Shown here piece by piece: positions 43,799 through 52,752 of a stretch of DNA of 55,455 nucleotides. Numbering within the stretch: position 1 is the first letter of the stretch; each line of letters starts with the position of its first letter. The DNA comes from Candidatus Aerophobus profundus SCGC AAA252-L23. Lineage in GTDB: Bacteria > Aerophobota > Aerophobia > Aerophobales > Aerophobaceae. The stretch covers positions 1 to 55,455 of the forward strand of contig AQRW01000190.1 of the NCBI GenBank assembly GCA_000402295.1, read 5' to 3'. Under the pieces are notes generated by a model that had not been told where the DNA came from, made no database searches, and saw only the letters and a program-made list of their open reading frames with translations. Made by a program: the position numbers and the translations under genes.

Positions 43799-45700
43799 AT
43801 GAAGAGATGGGTGATGAACCTTTTAGGGGCAGTCCTAAAGAGGACCAATAGGAAGAGGGTCGTCTTCTTCCTGCTCGTTGATGGGGCACTCTTAGGTTTC
43901 TCTCTTTACCTTTCCTTCTGGCTGAGGTTCGCGGGAAGAATTCCTCAGGGCTACTTCAGTGAGTTCTGCACTTATGTTCCTTTATTTGTGGCGGTGAGCA
44001 TATTCTTCCTTTACCGGGAAGGGCTCTACCGGGCCAGTTGGTCCTACATCAGATTAGGGGAAATGGTTAAGCTTGGCCGAGCCTTAACCTACAGCTTCCT
44101 GACCCTGGGGGCCTTTATTCTCTTAATGAGGCACATTCCTCTCTTTTCCGGGTTCCCCCGTTCCGTTTTGCTGATCAACTTGTCGGTGAGCATTCTTCTG
44201 GTAGGAGTTTTTCGTCTCAGCAAGAGAATATACTTTGAGATTCTGCGGAAAAAGCTACCCCGGGAGCCAGCCAAGCAAGAAAGGGCTTTGGTGGTGGGGG
44301 CGGGAGATGCCGGTGAGCAAATCGTTCGACACCTGCTCAACAGGAGTTCTCAGTATCTGCCGGTAGGTCTGGTGGATGATGATTTAGCTCTCCAAGGTAC
44401 CTGCATTCACGGAGTAAAGGTGCTGGGGAAACGAGAGGATATTCCCGAACTGGTCAGGGAATACCAGGTTGATAATCTGCTCATTGCCCTGCCCTCAGCC
44501 GCTTCCAGGAGTATTCGAGAAATTGTCGGGGTGGCAAGGAAAGCGGGAATATCCCAGATCCGAATTCTTCCCAGCTTGAGCGAACTCATCTCTGGTAAGG
44601 TAACTCTTGCTCAGTTGAGAGAAGTGCAACTAAAAGACCTCTTGGCCCGAGAGCCGGTAGAGATTAACATTGAGAGAATATCCAGTTATCTCAAGGATAC
44701 GGTAGTGATGGTAACGGGAGCAGCGGGCTCCGTTGGTTCAGAATTATGCCGACAAATTCTGCGCTTTTCTCCCCGGAGACTGATTTTAGTGGATCAGGAT
44801 GAAACAGCTCTTTTCCATATTCAGCGCCATCTCAAAGAGGTAGCTCAGGGTGAATTGATTACCCGAATAGCTGATGTGAGGTGTCCAGAGAAGATAGAGC
44901 GGATTATTGCTCAATCGAAGACCGAGATTATCTTCCATGCGGCCGCTTACAAGCATGTACCGATGATGGAGGATGCCCCCGATGAGGCGGTTAAAAACAA
45001 TATCATGGGAGTGCTGTCTACCGGAAAAGCAGCTATAAGCCAGGGAGTGGAGAAGTTTGTTTTCATCTCTACGGACAAGGCGGTTAATCCCGTTTCGGTG
45101 ATGGGGATGAGTAAACGACTGGGGGAGCTGGTAGCTACCCTGCTTAACCAGGAGGGAAAGACCTGCTTTTGTGCGGTGAGATTTGGCAACGTACTGGGTA
45201 GTAGGGGCAGTGTAGTACCTCTCTTTGAAGAGCAGATAAGGAAAGGTGGTCCAGTGACGGTGACTAATCTCAAGGCCGAAAGATACTTTATGATTACTTC
45301 TGAGGCGGCCCTGCTGGTTTTGGATGCCGGAGCTCTGGGTAAGGGAGGAGAGATATTTGCTCTGGATATGGGCAAACCAGTGAAGATTATTGATTTAGCC
45401 AGGGAGATGATTAAGCTGTCCGGCCTTAAGCCCGATGTAGACATTCCGATTACTTTTAGTGGTCTTCGTCCGGGAGAAAAGCTCTCGGAGATGGTGTTTA
45501 CTCCGGAAGAGAAGGCCGTATTGACCGAGCATCCCAAGATTCTTAAGATTGAGATGGACAGTCTCTGGCCGGATGATCACTTCCAGAAGCAGTTGGTGAG
45601 GCTAAAGGACCTGGCCGAGCAAGGGGCCGATGGAGAGATTGTCGAGCTGATGCGGAAACTCTGTGAGGAAAGCTTTAAGAGGATAAATCCGAAGCACTAA
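43799..45700 (+). CDS. membrane-anchored polysaccharide biosynthesis protein CapD/WbpM/PglF family (NDP-sugar 4,6-dehydratase/epimerase)
   Basis: Four N-terminal TM segments, two Rossmann motifs (VVGAGDAGEQI, VMVTGAAGSVGSEL), FHAAAYKHVPMME, STDKAVNP. Confidence 0.9.
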   Translation: MKRWVMNLLGAVLKRTNRKRVVFFLLVDGALLGFSLYLSFWLRFAGRIPQGYFSEFCTYVPLFVAVSIFFLYREGLYRASWSYIRLGEMVKLGRALTYSFLTLGAFILLMRHIPLFSGFPRSVLLINLSVSILLVGVFRLSKRIYFEILRKKLPREPAKQERALVVGAGDAGEQIVRHLLNRSSQYLPVGLVDDDLALQGTCIHGVKVLGKREDIPELVREYQVDNLLIALPSAASRSIREIVGVARKAGISQIRILPSLSELISGKVTLAQLREVQLKDLLAREPVEINIERISSYLKDTVVMVTGAAGSVGSELCRQILRFSPRRLILVDQDETALFHIQRHLKEVAQGELITRIADVRCPEKIERIIAQSKTEIIFHAAAYKHVPMMEDAPDEAVKNNIMGVLSTGKAAISQGVEKFVFISTDKAVNPVSVMGMSKRLGELVATLLNQEGKTCFCAVRFGNVLGSRGSVVPLFEEQIRKGGPVTVTNLKAERYFMITSEAALLVLDAGALGKGGEIFALDMGKPVKIIDLAREMIKLSGLKPDVDIPITFSGLRPGEKLSEMVFTPEEKAVLTEHPKILKIEMDSLWPDDHFQKQLVRLKDLAEQGADGEIVELMRKLCEESFKRINPKH

Positions 45701-45874
45701 TATCTAAATTTGAAACGATGACTGTCAAGAAGTCCGTTTAGTCTTTGGGTCCTTGAGTTATCGAGTTAAAAGCAATGGGGAGGCTAAAGCGTCTCCTACT
45801 CAAGGAGGAGTGTTGTTGCGAGATTGCCACGTCGCTGCGCTCCTCGCAATAAGCCTGCAAAAAAAGAGTTATCA

Positions 45875-46282
45875 ATGTTGCTAAGAATAGCACACTTATG
45901 GAATTGGTGGGGAACGGGGGGATGGTTGGGTTTTATTTTTGTTATTTCGTCCCTACCGGTCTCTTCTTTTACCCAGATAAAGGAGAAGTACAGTAATTCC
46001 TTAATTACCCTTATATTCTCTGATCCGGTAGGGCACAGTGGGATGTTTGCTATCCTGGGATTTCTACTCGGCTATAGCCTGGGCAGAACCTTTGCTGAGT
46101 GGGGAATTGTGAAAGTTATTCTCGGAATCTTCTCCTTGGGGTTGGTGCTCGGTTTGGCGACGGAGCTGTATCAAATGCTGCTTATTTCCGGACGTAGCTT
46201 TGAATGGGCGGATTTAGGATGGGATGCTGTGGGTCTGGCGGTGGCTTGCGGAATTTTCGTAGTGGTCAAAAGATACGCTTGA
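45875..46282 (+). CDS. VanZ-family membrane protein
   Basis: DPVGHSGMFAILGF, ATELYQMLLISGRSFEWADLGWDAVG. The longer ORF-track start (45824) reads through a REP element. Confidence 0.7.
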   Translation: MLLRIAHLWNWWGTGGWLGFIFVISSLPVSSFTQIKEKYSNSLITLIFSDPVGHSGMFAILGFLLGYSLGRTFAEWGIVKVILGIFSLGLVLGLATELYQMLLISGRSFEWADLGWDAVGLAVACGIFVVVKRYA

Positions 46283-46372
46283 TCGCTGATGAATCGTGCA
46301 TGGTGGGGTAGGACGGTGAGGACCGAGAAAAGTTAACTGACAGATGCAAAAGTTGCTTGCCAAGAGAGGGAA

Positions 46373-47008
46373 ATGAAGGCTGAGGAAGGGGTTAGAGAGC
46401 CGTGGCTGAAGAGACCTTTTGATTTTGTCGTCTCTACCCTGGGATTGTTGTTTTTTTTGCCGGTCTGGACCCTTATTTCCCTGGCAATTTGGGTTGATGA
46501 TGGTCGGCCTCTTTTTTTTAGTCAGGAACGGGCTGGGAAAGGGAGGAGAACCTTTCAAGTGTTAAAGTTTCGTACCATGAAATATCAGGATGGATTAGGT
46601 TATGTCGATGTGGACCTGGAAGAGGATCCCCGGGTTACCAGGGTAGGGAAGGTACTCCGGGGTACGGCAATGGATGAACTTCCCGAGCTGATCAATATTC
46701 TCAAAGGAGAGATGAGCTTTGTGGGACCCCGGGCTCTGCCGTTTGTCATTGAAGATGAGGAACAATGGCGCTATAAGACTTTGGCCGAGGTACCCGGCTA
46801 TGAGTTGCGCAGTCGGGTTCGTCCCGGGCTGACCGGACTGGCCCAGATTTATGCGCCCAAGGATGCCTCCCGGCGTTGGAAGTTTCGTTACGACAATCTT
46901 TATGTTAGGAATATGAGTTTTTTCTTTGATCTGAAGTTGATGTTTATTTCTTTATGGACCACGCTGAAAGGGAAGTGGGAGTATCGGGGGAAGAAGACGC
47001 AAAGGTAG
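46373..47008 (+). CDS. initiating sugar phosphotransferase (small bacterial sugar transferase, PglC/WbaP C-terminal type)
   Basis: KRPFDFVVSTLGLLFFLPVW, GRPLFFSQERAGKGRRTFQVLKFRTM, DELPELINILKGEMSFVGPRA. Confidence 0.9.
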   Translation: MKAEEGVREPWLKRPFDFVVSTLGLLFFLPVWTLISLAIWVDDGRPLFFSQERAGKGRRTFQVLKFRTMKYQDGLGYVDVDLEEDPRVTRVGKVLRGTAMDELPELINILKGEMSFVGPRALPFVIEDEEQWRYKTLAEVPGYELRSRVRPGLTGLAQIYAPKDASRRWKFRYDNLYVRNMSFFFDLKLMFISLWTTLKGKWEYRGKKTQR

Positions 47009-47088
47009 AGATGGCCACGTCACTGTGTTCCTCGCAATGACAACGGTGCTTCTGGCAACGATATGACGGAGTCAGCGGAACGTAAGCT

Positions 47089-47328
47089 GGGGTTTGCGGA
47101 TGTCTTGCCGGGATCTTAAAACCCATCTCTCCTCATGTCCTACGCCACACCTTCTCAGTCAACTGCATCAAGAAAGGAATCTCCACCAGAGCTCTGAAAA
47201 GCCTGTTGGGCCACGACAGGTTGACAACTACGGAAATTTACCGTAAGTTATTATCAGAGGACGTGAGGAGGGAATTCTCTAACAGGCCATACATTGAACT
47301 TAAGTATCATGGTAAATCTCAAAAATAG
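47089..47328 (+). pseudogene. C-terminal fragment of a tyrosine recombinase/integrase
   Basis: ISPHVLRHTFSVNCIKKGISTRALKSLLGHDRLTTTEIYRKL carries the HxLRH, LGH and catalytic-Y region. There is no start codon or N-terminal domain. The stop is at 47326-47328. Confidence 0.75.
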
Positions 47329-47518
47329 GGTAGTGTCAAACGTTTTATGAAAGAATTCCGGGAGAACATTATAGATAAAGAAAAAAAGGGATCATGTAGG
47401 GGGAGGAAATTATCCTGAATGAAAAGTGGTAGCCGCAGCTTTTAAGCTGCGCAAATAAACGCAGGCTAAAGCCTGCGCCTACCAATTACCAAAAGAATAG
47501 ATTATGTTTGACACTACT
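47329..47518. mobile_element. MITE-like non-coding element, copy 1 (about 190 bp) with terminal inverted repeats GTAGTGTCAAAC
   Basis: Left end GGTAGTGTCAAAC, right end GTTTGACACTACT. The interior is shared with 55157..55382 and includes family-2 REP hairpins. Confidence 0.65.
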
Positions 47519-47542
47519 TTTCCAGAAAGAAAGAGAACAAAA

Positions 47543-48520
47543 ATGGGGAAAACAAAAACACTAAAACATTATCTCAAGCTAAGTGAATTCAAATTACAGT
47601 GGAGTATGTTTGCAGTTCTTGCCATAATACTTATAGTATTTATAATTGGGAATCCCAGAGTTTTTCTTGGTTCTAATATTTACTATTCCTTTATGTCCAC
47701 CATTCCCTTTATGGCTATCCTGGCTTTAGCTTTAACACCCGTAGTTATTTGTAAAGAAATGGATCTTTCCTTTCCTTCAATAATGGGATTTTCTGCCTGG
47801 GTATTCGTAAGTTTATGTGCCTCAACCGGAAATCCCACTCTGGCTCTGGTGATTTCTTTGATTACAGGTTTACTGGCCGGACTTTTAAATGGTATATTAG
47901 TGGTGAAAGTTGGTATTCCTTCATTGATAGCAACTATAGGAACAATGTTTTTCTGGAGAGGATTGATTATGGTCTGCAGTGGAGGGATAGGAAAAACGCT
48001 GGTACCTATCAAGGATACAATCCTATTAAAGAGTTTAGTGGGTAGAATAGGAGGTGTTGTTCCAGCTCAGGCTTTATGGACTGTTGGAATAGCCTTTCTT
48101 TTCTGGTTAGTTTTGAATCGACATAAATTTGGTGCTCATATATTTTTTACCGGAGATAATCTAGAAAGTGCCAGAATGATGGGTATACCCGTAAATAAGG
48201 TGAAAATGCTCGTCTTTGCCCAATTAGGATTTTTTTCTGCTTTTGCTGGAATACTGATTAGTCTAGAAGTGTTATATTTTTGGCCCACCACGGGAGCAGG
48301 ATACCTTCTTAGAACAATGGCTTCGGTTTTTCTAGGAGGAACTTCAGTTTTTGGAGGGATGGGGACTATCTTTGGAACCTTCGTTGGATGCATTATCATA
48401 GGATCTTTAGAGGCGGGAATTATTTCTCTAGGACTTATGGGATTTTGGACCCAGCTAGTTTATGGTTTGGTCATAGTTGTTTCTGTTGCAATTCATTCGA
48501 TTTTGAGAAGAAAAACCTGA
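47543..48520 (+). CDS. sugar ABC transporter permease (BPD_transp_2 / RbsC-FrcC type), tandem paralog 1
   Basis: Polytopic. GIPSLIATIGTMFFWRG, GDNLESARMMGIPVNKVK, FLGGTSVFGGMGTIFGT. The start is moved to MGKTKTL because the ORF-track ATG (47504) lies inside the MITE inverted repeat. Confidence 0.8.
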   Translation: MGKTKTLKHYLKLSEFKLQWSMFAVLAIILIVFIIGNPRVFLGSNIYYSFMSTIPFMAILALALTPVVICKEMDLSFPSIMGFSAWVFVSLCASTGNPTLALVISLITGLLAGLLNGILVVKVGIPSLIATIGTMFFWRGLIMVCSGGIGKTLVPIKDTILLKSLVGRIGGVVPAQALWTVGIAFLFWLVLNRHKFGAHIFFTGDNLESARMMGIPVNKVKMLVFAQLGFFSAFAGILISLEVLYFWPTTGAGYLLRTMASVFLGGTSVFGGMGTIFGTFVGCIIIGSLEAGIISLGLMGFWTQLVYGLVIVVSVAIHSILRRKT

Positions 48521-48640
48521 ATAAGTTCATGGTTCGTTGACCAGAAGACGGGTAGCGAATAGAGAATAGGAAAACTGTCGTGGCCGGTCTGCTGTGGGCA
48601 GGAGTCTAACCACAAAAAAGCTAAAAGAGAAAAAATAAAA

Positions 48641-49603
48641 ATGCTAAAACGTTATCTCAAGCTAAGTGAATTCAAATTACAGTGGAGTATGTTTGCAGTT
48701 CTGGTAGCACTCTTTATGTTGTTTATTATTGGAGATCCCAGAACTTTTCTCGCTCCCGACATTTACTATTCTTTTATGTCCACCATTCCCTTTATGGCTA
48801 TCCTGGCTTTAGCTTTAACACCTGTAGTTATTTGTAAAGAAATAGATCTTTCCTTTCCTTCAATAATGGGATTTTCTGGATGGATATGTCTGGTTGTATT
48901 TACCTCAACCGGAAATATTACCTTGGCTGTAGTAAGCTCTTTGATTACAGGTTTACTGGCCGGACTTTTGAATGGTATATTAGTGGTGAAAGTTGGTATT
49001 CCTTCATTAATAGTAACTATAGGAACAATGTTTTTCTGGAGAGGATTGGTTATGGTTCTGAGCAAAGCAAAGGGAGGATCGCTAGTAGCTGCCAAAGAAA
49101 CAATTTTATTTCAGAGTTTAGTGGGTAGAATAGGAGGTGTTGTTCCAGCTCAGGCTTTATGGACTGTTGGACTAGCCTTTCTTTTCTGGTTAGTTTTGAA
49201 TCGTCATAAATTTGGTGCTCATATATTTTTTACCGGAGATAATCTAGAAAGTGCCAGAATGATGGGTATACCCGTAAATAAGGTGAAAATGCTCGTCTTT
49301 GCCCAATTAGGATTCTTTTCTGCTTTTGCTGGAATAGTAGCTAGTTTCGAAATGTTATATTATTGGTCCACGCTGGGAGAAGTGTATCTTCTCAAAACAA
49401 TGGCCTCAGTTTTTCTAGGAGGGACCTCAGTTTTTGGAGGGATGGGGACTATCTTTGGAACCTTTATTGGATGTATTATCATAGGATCTTTGGAGACTGG
49501 AATTATTTCTATAGGACTTACAGGATTTTGGACCCAGTTAGTTTATGGTTTGGTCATAGTTATTTCTGTGGGAATTCATTCCGTTTTGAGAAGAAAAACC
49601 TGA
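48641..49603 (+). CDS. sugar ABC transporter permease, tandem paralog 2
   Basis: Same motifs as paralog 1. Long nucleotide stretches are identical, interspersed with diverged patches. Confidence 0.85.
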   Translation: MLKRYLKLSEFKLQWSMFAVLVALFMLFIIGDPRTFLAPDIYYSFMSTIPFMAILALALTPVVICKEIDLSFPSIMGFSGWICLVVFTSTGNITLAVVSSLITGLLAGLLNGILVVKVGIPSLIVTIGTMFFWRGLVMVLSKAKGGSLVAAKETILFQSLVGRIGGVVPAQALWTVGLAFLFWLVLNRHKFGAHIFFTGDNLESARMMGIPVNKVKMLVFAQLGFFSAFAGIVASFEMLYYWSTLGEVYLLKTMASVFLGGTSVFGGMGTIFGTFIGCIIIGSLETGIISIGLTGFWTQLVYGLVIVISVGIHSVLRRKT

Positions 49604-49657
49604 CTAATAAATAGCGTATAGCTTTTAATCTATCCGCTGATAATGAGGAGGAATTTA

Positions 49658-50425
49658 ATGGAGGTAAAGAATGAGAAATTAGTACGGATGGTAAATATCT
49701 CTAAATATTTCGGAGAAGTTGCTGCCTTAAAAGAAGAAAATTTTGAGGTGGGATATAATGAAGTTGTTGGCTTAATAGGTGATAATGGTGCCGGTAAATC
49801 AACATTGATAAAAATCCTCACCGGAGTTCACCCGCCAGGTAAAGGAAAAATATATTTTCAAGGAGAGGAAATAACATACCATTCCGTGGAAAGAGCTCGT
49901 GAATTGGGTATTGAAACTGTTTACCAGGAAAGAGCATTAGGAGAGCAGCAAACATTATGGAGAAATATTTTTATGGGTAGAGAAATAACAACTCGTTTAG
50001 GTTTCCTCCAAGTAAAAAAGGCAAAAAAAGAAACTGAGAAGATATTAAAAGAAGTAATAGGATTTACAGCCGTAGGACTTACACCTGATTCAATTGTTGG
50101 AAGATTATCCGGGGGAGAAAAGCAAGGCGTGGCAATAGCCAGAGCTTTGCATTTCCAGGCGAAGTTGATTATTTTGGACGAACCTACTATGGGTTTGTCA
50201 CTTTCAGAGACAAAAAAAGTACTGAATTTTGTAAAAGAGATAAAAGAGCAGGGAAAATCTTGTATTTTTATAACGCATAATATATATCACGTATATCCGG
50301 TTGCAGATAGATTTGTTGTTTTAGATAGAGGAAGGACGGTAGGAGAATTTATAAAGAAAGATATATCCCTGGAAAAACTTGTTAATAAATTATACCTCGT
50401 AGCGAGAACAGGAGAAATAAGTTAA
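49658..50425 (+). CDS. ABC transporter ATP-binding protein (single NBD, FrcA-like size)
   Basis: Walker A GDNGAGKST, signature LSGGEKQ, Walker B LIILDEPT. The ATG at 49658 is preceded by AGGAGG. Confidence 0.9.
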   Translation: MEVKNEKLVRMVNISKYFGEVAALKEENFEVGYNEVVGLIGDNGAGKSTLIKILTGVHPPGKGKIYFQGEEITYHSVERARELGIETVYQERALGEQQTLWRNIFMGREITTRLGFLQVKKAKKETEKILKEVIGFTAVGLTPDSIVGRLSGGEKQGVAIARALHFQAKLIILDEPTMGLSLSETKKVLNFVKEIKEQGKSCIFITHNIYHVYPVADRFVVLDRGRTVGEFIKKDISLEKLVNKLYLVARTGEIS

Positions 50426-50501
50426 AAGGAAGTAAGCTGACCTCAATAAGGATGTTGTCAGCTATTGGTTTGACCAAGAGAAAAATGAGGACTTGACTTC
50501 A

Positions 50502-51521
50502 ATGTTTAAGAAAATTTTCGTAATGGGCGCAGGTATGTTTGGCTTTGTTCTGGCGCGGTATTTAGCCCAAAAATACCGCGAGAATAAAATTATGCTGTAT
50601 GATTGCAAGCAATCTTTATTGGAGTATTTGAGAGAAAAGAGGAGCCATCCCCTTCATTTTCCGGAATTTCCTCTTCCTTCTAACGTATGCCCCAGTAAAG
50701 ATTTGCGGCAAATTTTAGCTATGTCAGAAATTATCCTCCTGGCAGTGCCCACCCAGGCCGTGAGGCAAGCAGCTAAAAAGATAAATTCTTATCTCACTCA
50801 TCCCCTGGTTATAGTAAACGTGGCTAAGGGATTAGAGATGAACTCGGGAAAAAGAATCTCCGAGATTATCCAGGAAGAAATCAACGGAGAATATGTTTAC
50901 GCCGTTCTTTCCGGAGGTACCATAGCGGGAGAAATGATCAAGGGTAGTCCGGTAGCCATGGAGGTTGCCTGCCAAAATGAAGAAATTTCCCGGGAGCTTC
51001 AAGTAATTTTCTCCAGTAATAAACTGAGAGTTTACCGCAACGAGGATATCATCGGCGTAGAATTGGCCGGAGCCTTGAAGAATCCTCTATCTATCGCTTC
51101 TGGTATAGCTCAGGGACTGGGTTTTGGATTTAGTACTACCAGTGCCCTGGTATCCAGAGGAAGTCTAGAAATTAAAAGAATGGCTTTGAGTCTCGGTGCT
51201 CAAGAAAAAACCTATTCTCTGGGCGGCCAGGCGGCCATGGGAGATATAATGACCAGTTGTTTCGGCCCTACGCGAAACCGACAATTTGGAGAGTTAATCG
51301 CCAAGGAAAACTCGGTGACCAAGGCCCTGGAAGTTATGAAAAGAGAGGGAAAATTAGTGGAGGGTTATTTCACCAGTAAAGCAGTCAATCACTTGGCTTT
51401 AAAGGCAGGTATTGAAATGCCTGTTCAGCAGCAAGTTTTTCAGATTCTCTATCAAAGACGAAAGCCCCGGGAAGCCCTGGAAAACCTTATGTTAAGAAAA
51501 CTCAAACCCATATCTAAGTAA
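50502..51521 (+). CDS. gpsA: NAD(P)H-dependent glycerol-3-phosphate dehydrogenase
   Basis: KIFVMGAGMFGFVLA, NVAKGLE, GVELAGALKNPLSIASGIAQGLGFG, MGDIMTSCFGPTRNRQFGE. Confidence 0.8.
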   Translation: MFKKIFVMGAGMFGFVLARYLAQKYRENKIMLYDCKQSLLEYLREKRSHPLHFPEFPLPSNVCPSKDLRQILAMSEIILLAVPTQAVRQAAKKINSYLTHPLVIVNVAKGLEMNSGKRISEIIQEEINGEYVYAVLSGGTIAGEMIKGSPVAMEVACQNEEISRELQVIFSSNKLRVYRNEDIIGVELAGALKNPLSIASGIAQGLGFGFSTTSALVSRGSLEIKRMALSLGAQEKTYSLGGQAAMGDIMTSCFGPTRNRQFGELIAKENSVTKALEVMKREGKLVEGYFTSKAVNHLALKAGIEMPVQQQVFQILYQRRKPREALENLMLRKLKPISK

Positions 51522-51601
51522 TAATTCTTGTTTTCGGTTGAACTTGTTCCAAAATACGGCGGGATCCTACAGTGGCCGGACTATAATGGTGAGACTTAAC
51601 C

Positions 51602-52006
51602 TTGAAGATAGTGATTGATACGGGTATTTTGGTGGCCAGTCTCTGGGAAGGAAAGTCGCGAGTGGTGATGGATCTCTGGGAAAAAGGAGAGCTGACCCTC
51701 TGTGTCTCCAGGGCTATTCTGAAAGAATATCTATATATATTGCCTCGGTTTAGTCTTTTCCGGAGAGAAACAGAAGAACTGCTAAGATTGTTGGAAGCAA
51801 AAAAGAATATAGAGATGGTCAGCCCTTCCCAGAGAATAAAGGTTATCAAGGATGACCCGGCGGACGATAAGTTTTTGGAGTGCGCTCTAGAAGGCGGGGC
51901 GGAATATATTATCTCTGCCGACAAACACCTGGCTAACTTGAGAGAGTACCAGGGAGTAAAAATAGTCCCTTCCGGGCGCTTCTTAAGAGAAATAGGCCAT
52001 AAATAA
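51602..52006 (+). CDS. PIN-domain protein (TIGR00305-like putative toxin), no obvious antitoxin
   Basis: VIDTGILVASL, DDPADDKFLECALEGGAEYIISADKHL. TTG or GTG start. The larger antisense ORF 51514..52014 is judged a shadow. Confidence 0.7.
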   Translation: MKIVIDTGILVASLWEGKSRVVMDLWEKGELTLCVSRAILKEYLYILPRFSLFRRETEELLRLLEAKKNIEMVSPSQRIKVIKDDPADDKFLECALEGGAEYIISADKHLANLREYQGVKIVPSGRFLREIGHK

Positions 52007-52752
52007 GACCGCATACCTTTTGGGTTAAGATACTAGTAGTTAGTTTCCAAAATAACCTGATATTTCTCCACTGTCATTGCGAGCCTGCCGAAAGCAGGCG
52101 TGGCAATCCCCAAGAGAACAGGTTTTCCATGAGATTGCTTCACTTTTCTCGCAATGACAAATCGTTGTAAGGTTGTTTAGGAAACGTACTACTAGAAGGG
52201 TGGGCAACAGGGTTGGTTAAAGAAAGTAGCCGCCGGATAGTGAGGATAAAACCCTTTTAGTTTGTAGGCAGCTCTTCCCATCAAAAATAATTCTACTTGC
52301 TTAGTCAAATCCTCTTTTTTAGTCAACCTGAGATAATCTTCCAGTGATATTCTCTCTTTGATTCCCAATTGCTTGAATCGATGAAAATAGACCATCTGGT
52401 AAACCATTACCTTCTCGCCAAATATTTCCTGGCTGATTCATCCAAGGAGACTGCTGATAAAGTGGTTTTTTGTAGAGGTTTCATTTATGAAACTTGCTTT
52501 AATAAAGAGTCCGATAAATCGGACCGCTACAATATTGGGGTTTCTCAGCAGTCTCCAAGACATTGGTTATAAATTACGAGACTTCCGGAGAAAAATCAAG
52601 GGACGTACTGTTGACAAAATACTACTCATTAATACATTAATAGTTTAATATAGTGATTTCTTCTCCCAAGGGAGAAAAAAGGCTTGGGAAAAGACAGACC
52701 AGATAGGGGGAAGAAAATCCATATATCTGAGGAAAAGGGGATAACACAAAAA

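Noticed and set aside
44947-45537. Long antisense ORFs inside strong genes: 44947..45537 (196 aa), 51514..52014 (166 aa), 37553..38014 (153 aa), 16180..16614 (144 aa), 13856..14221, 24883..25254 and 11042..11404.
   Set aside because: Each lies opposite a gene with clear family motifs (CapD, PIN, IstB, Wzy-like, GT4, deacetylase, CgeB-like). Their products are compositionally odd (Ser/Pro/Arg-rich) with no motifs. They are treated as shadow ORFs.
45824-45874. The longer N-terminal extension of the VanZ ORF (MPRRCAPRNKPAKKELS) and the permease start at 47504 (MFDTTFPERKRTK).
   Set aside because: Both extensions are translations of repeat DNA: a family-1 REP and the MITE terminal inverted repeat, respectively. 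Downstream ATGs at 45875 and 47543 give N-termini matching the family and the paralog.
52192-52572. ORFs 52192..52407 (-) and 52369..52572 (+) between the PIN gene and the glycyl radical enzyme.
   Set aside because: Neither has a recognisable motif. The plus-strand ORF runs through a family-3 REP hairpin (ESDKSDRYN). The region is repeat-dense, and coding status cannot be supported.
52640-52752. A possible riboswitch or attenuator in the leader of the glycyl radical enzyme (hairpin TTCTCCCAAGGGAGAA near 52660) and a TTGACA box at about 52612.
   Set aside because: The hairpin has a minimal loop and no following U-run. The -10 element after the TTGACA is weak (TACATT), and I recognise no known riboswitch consensus.
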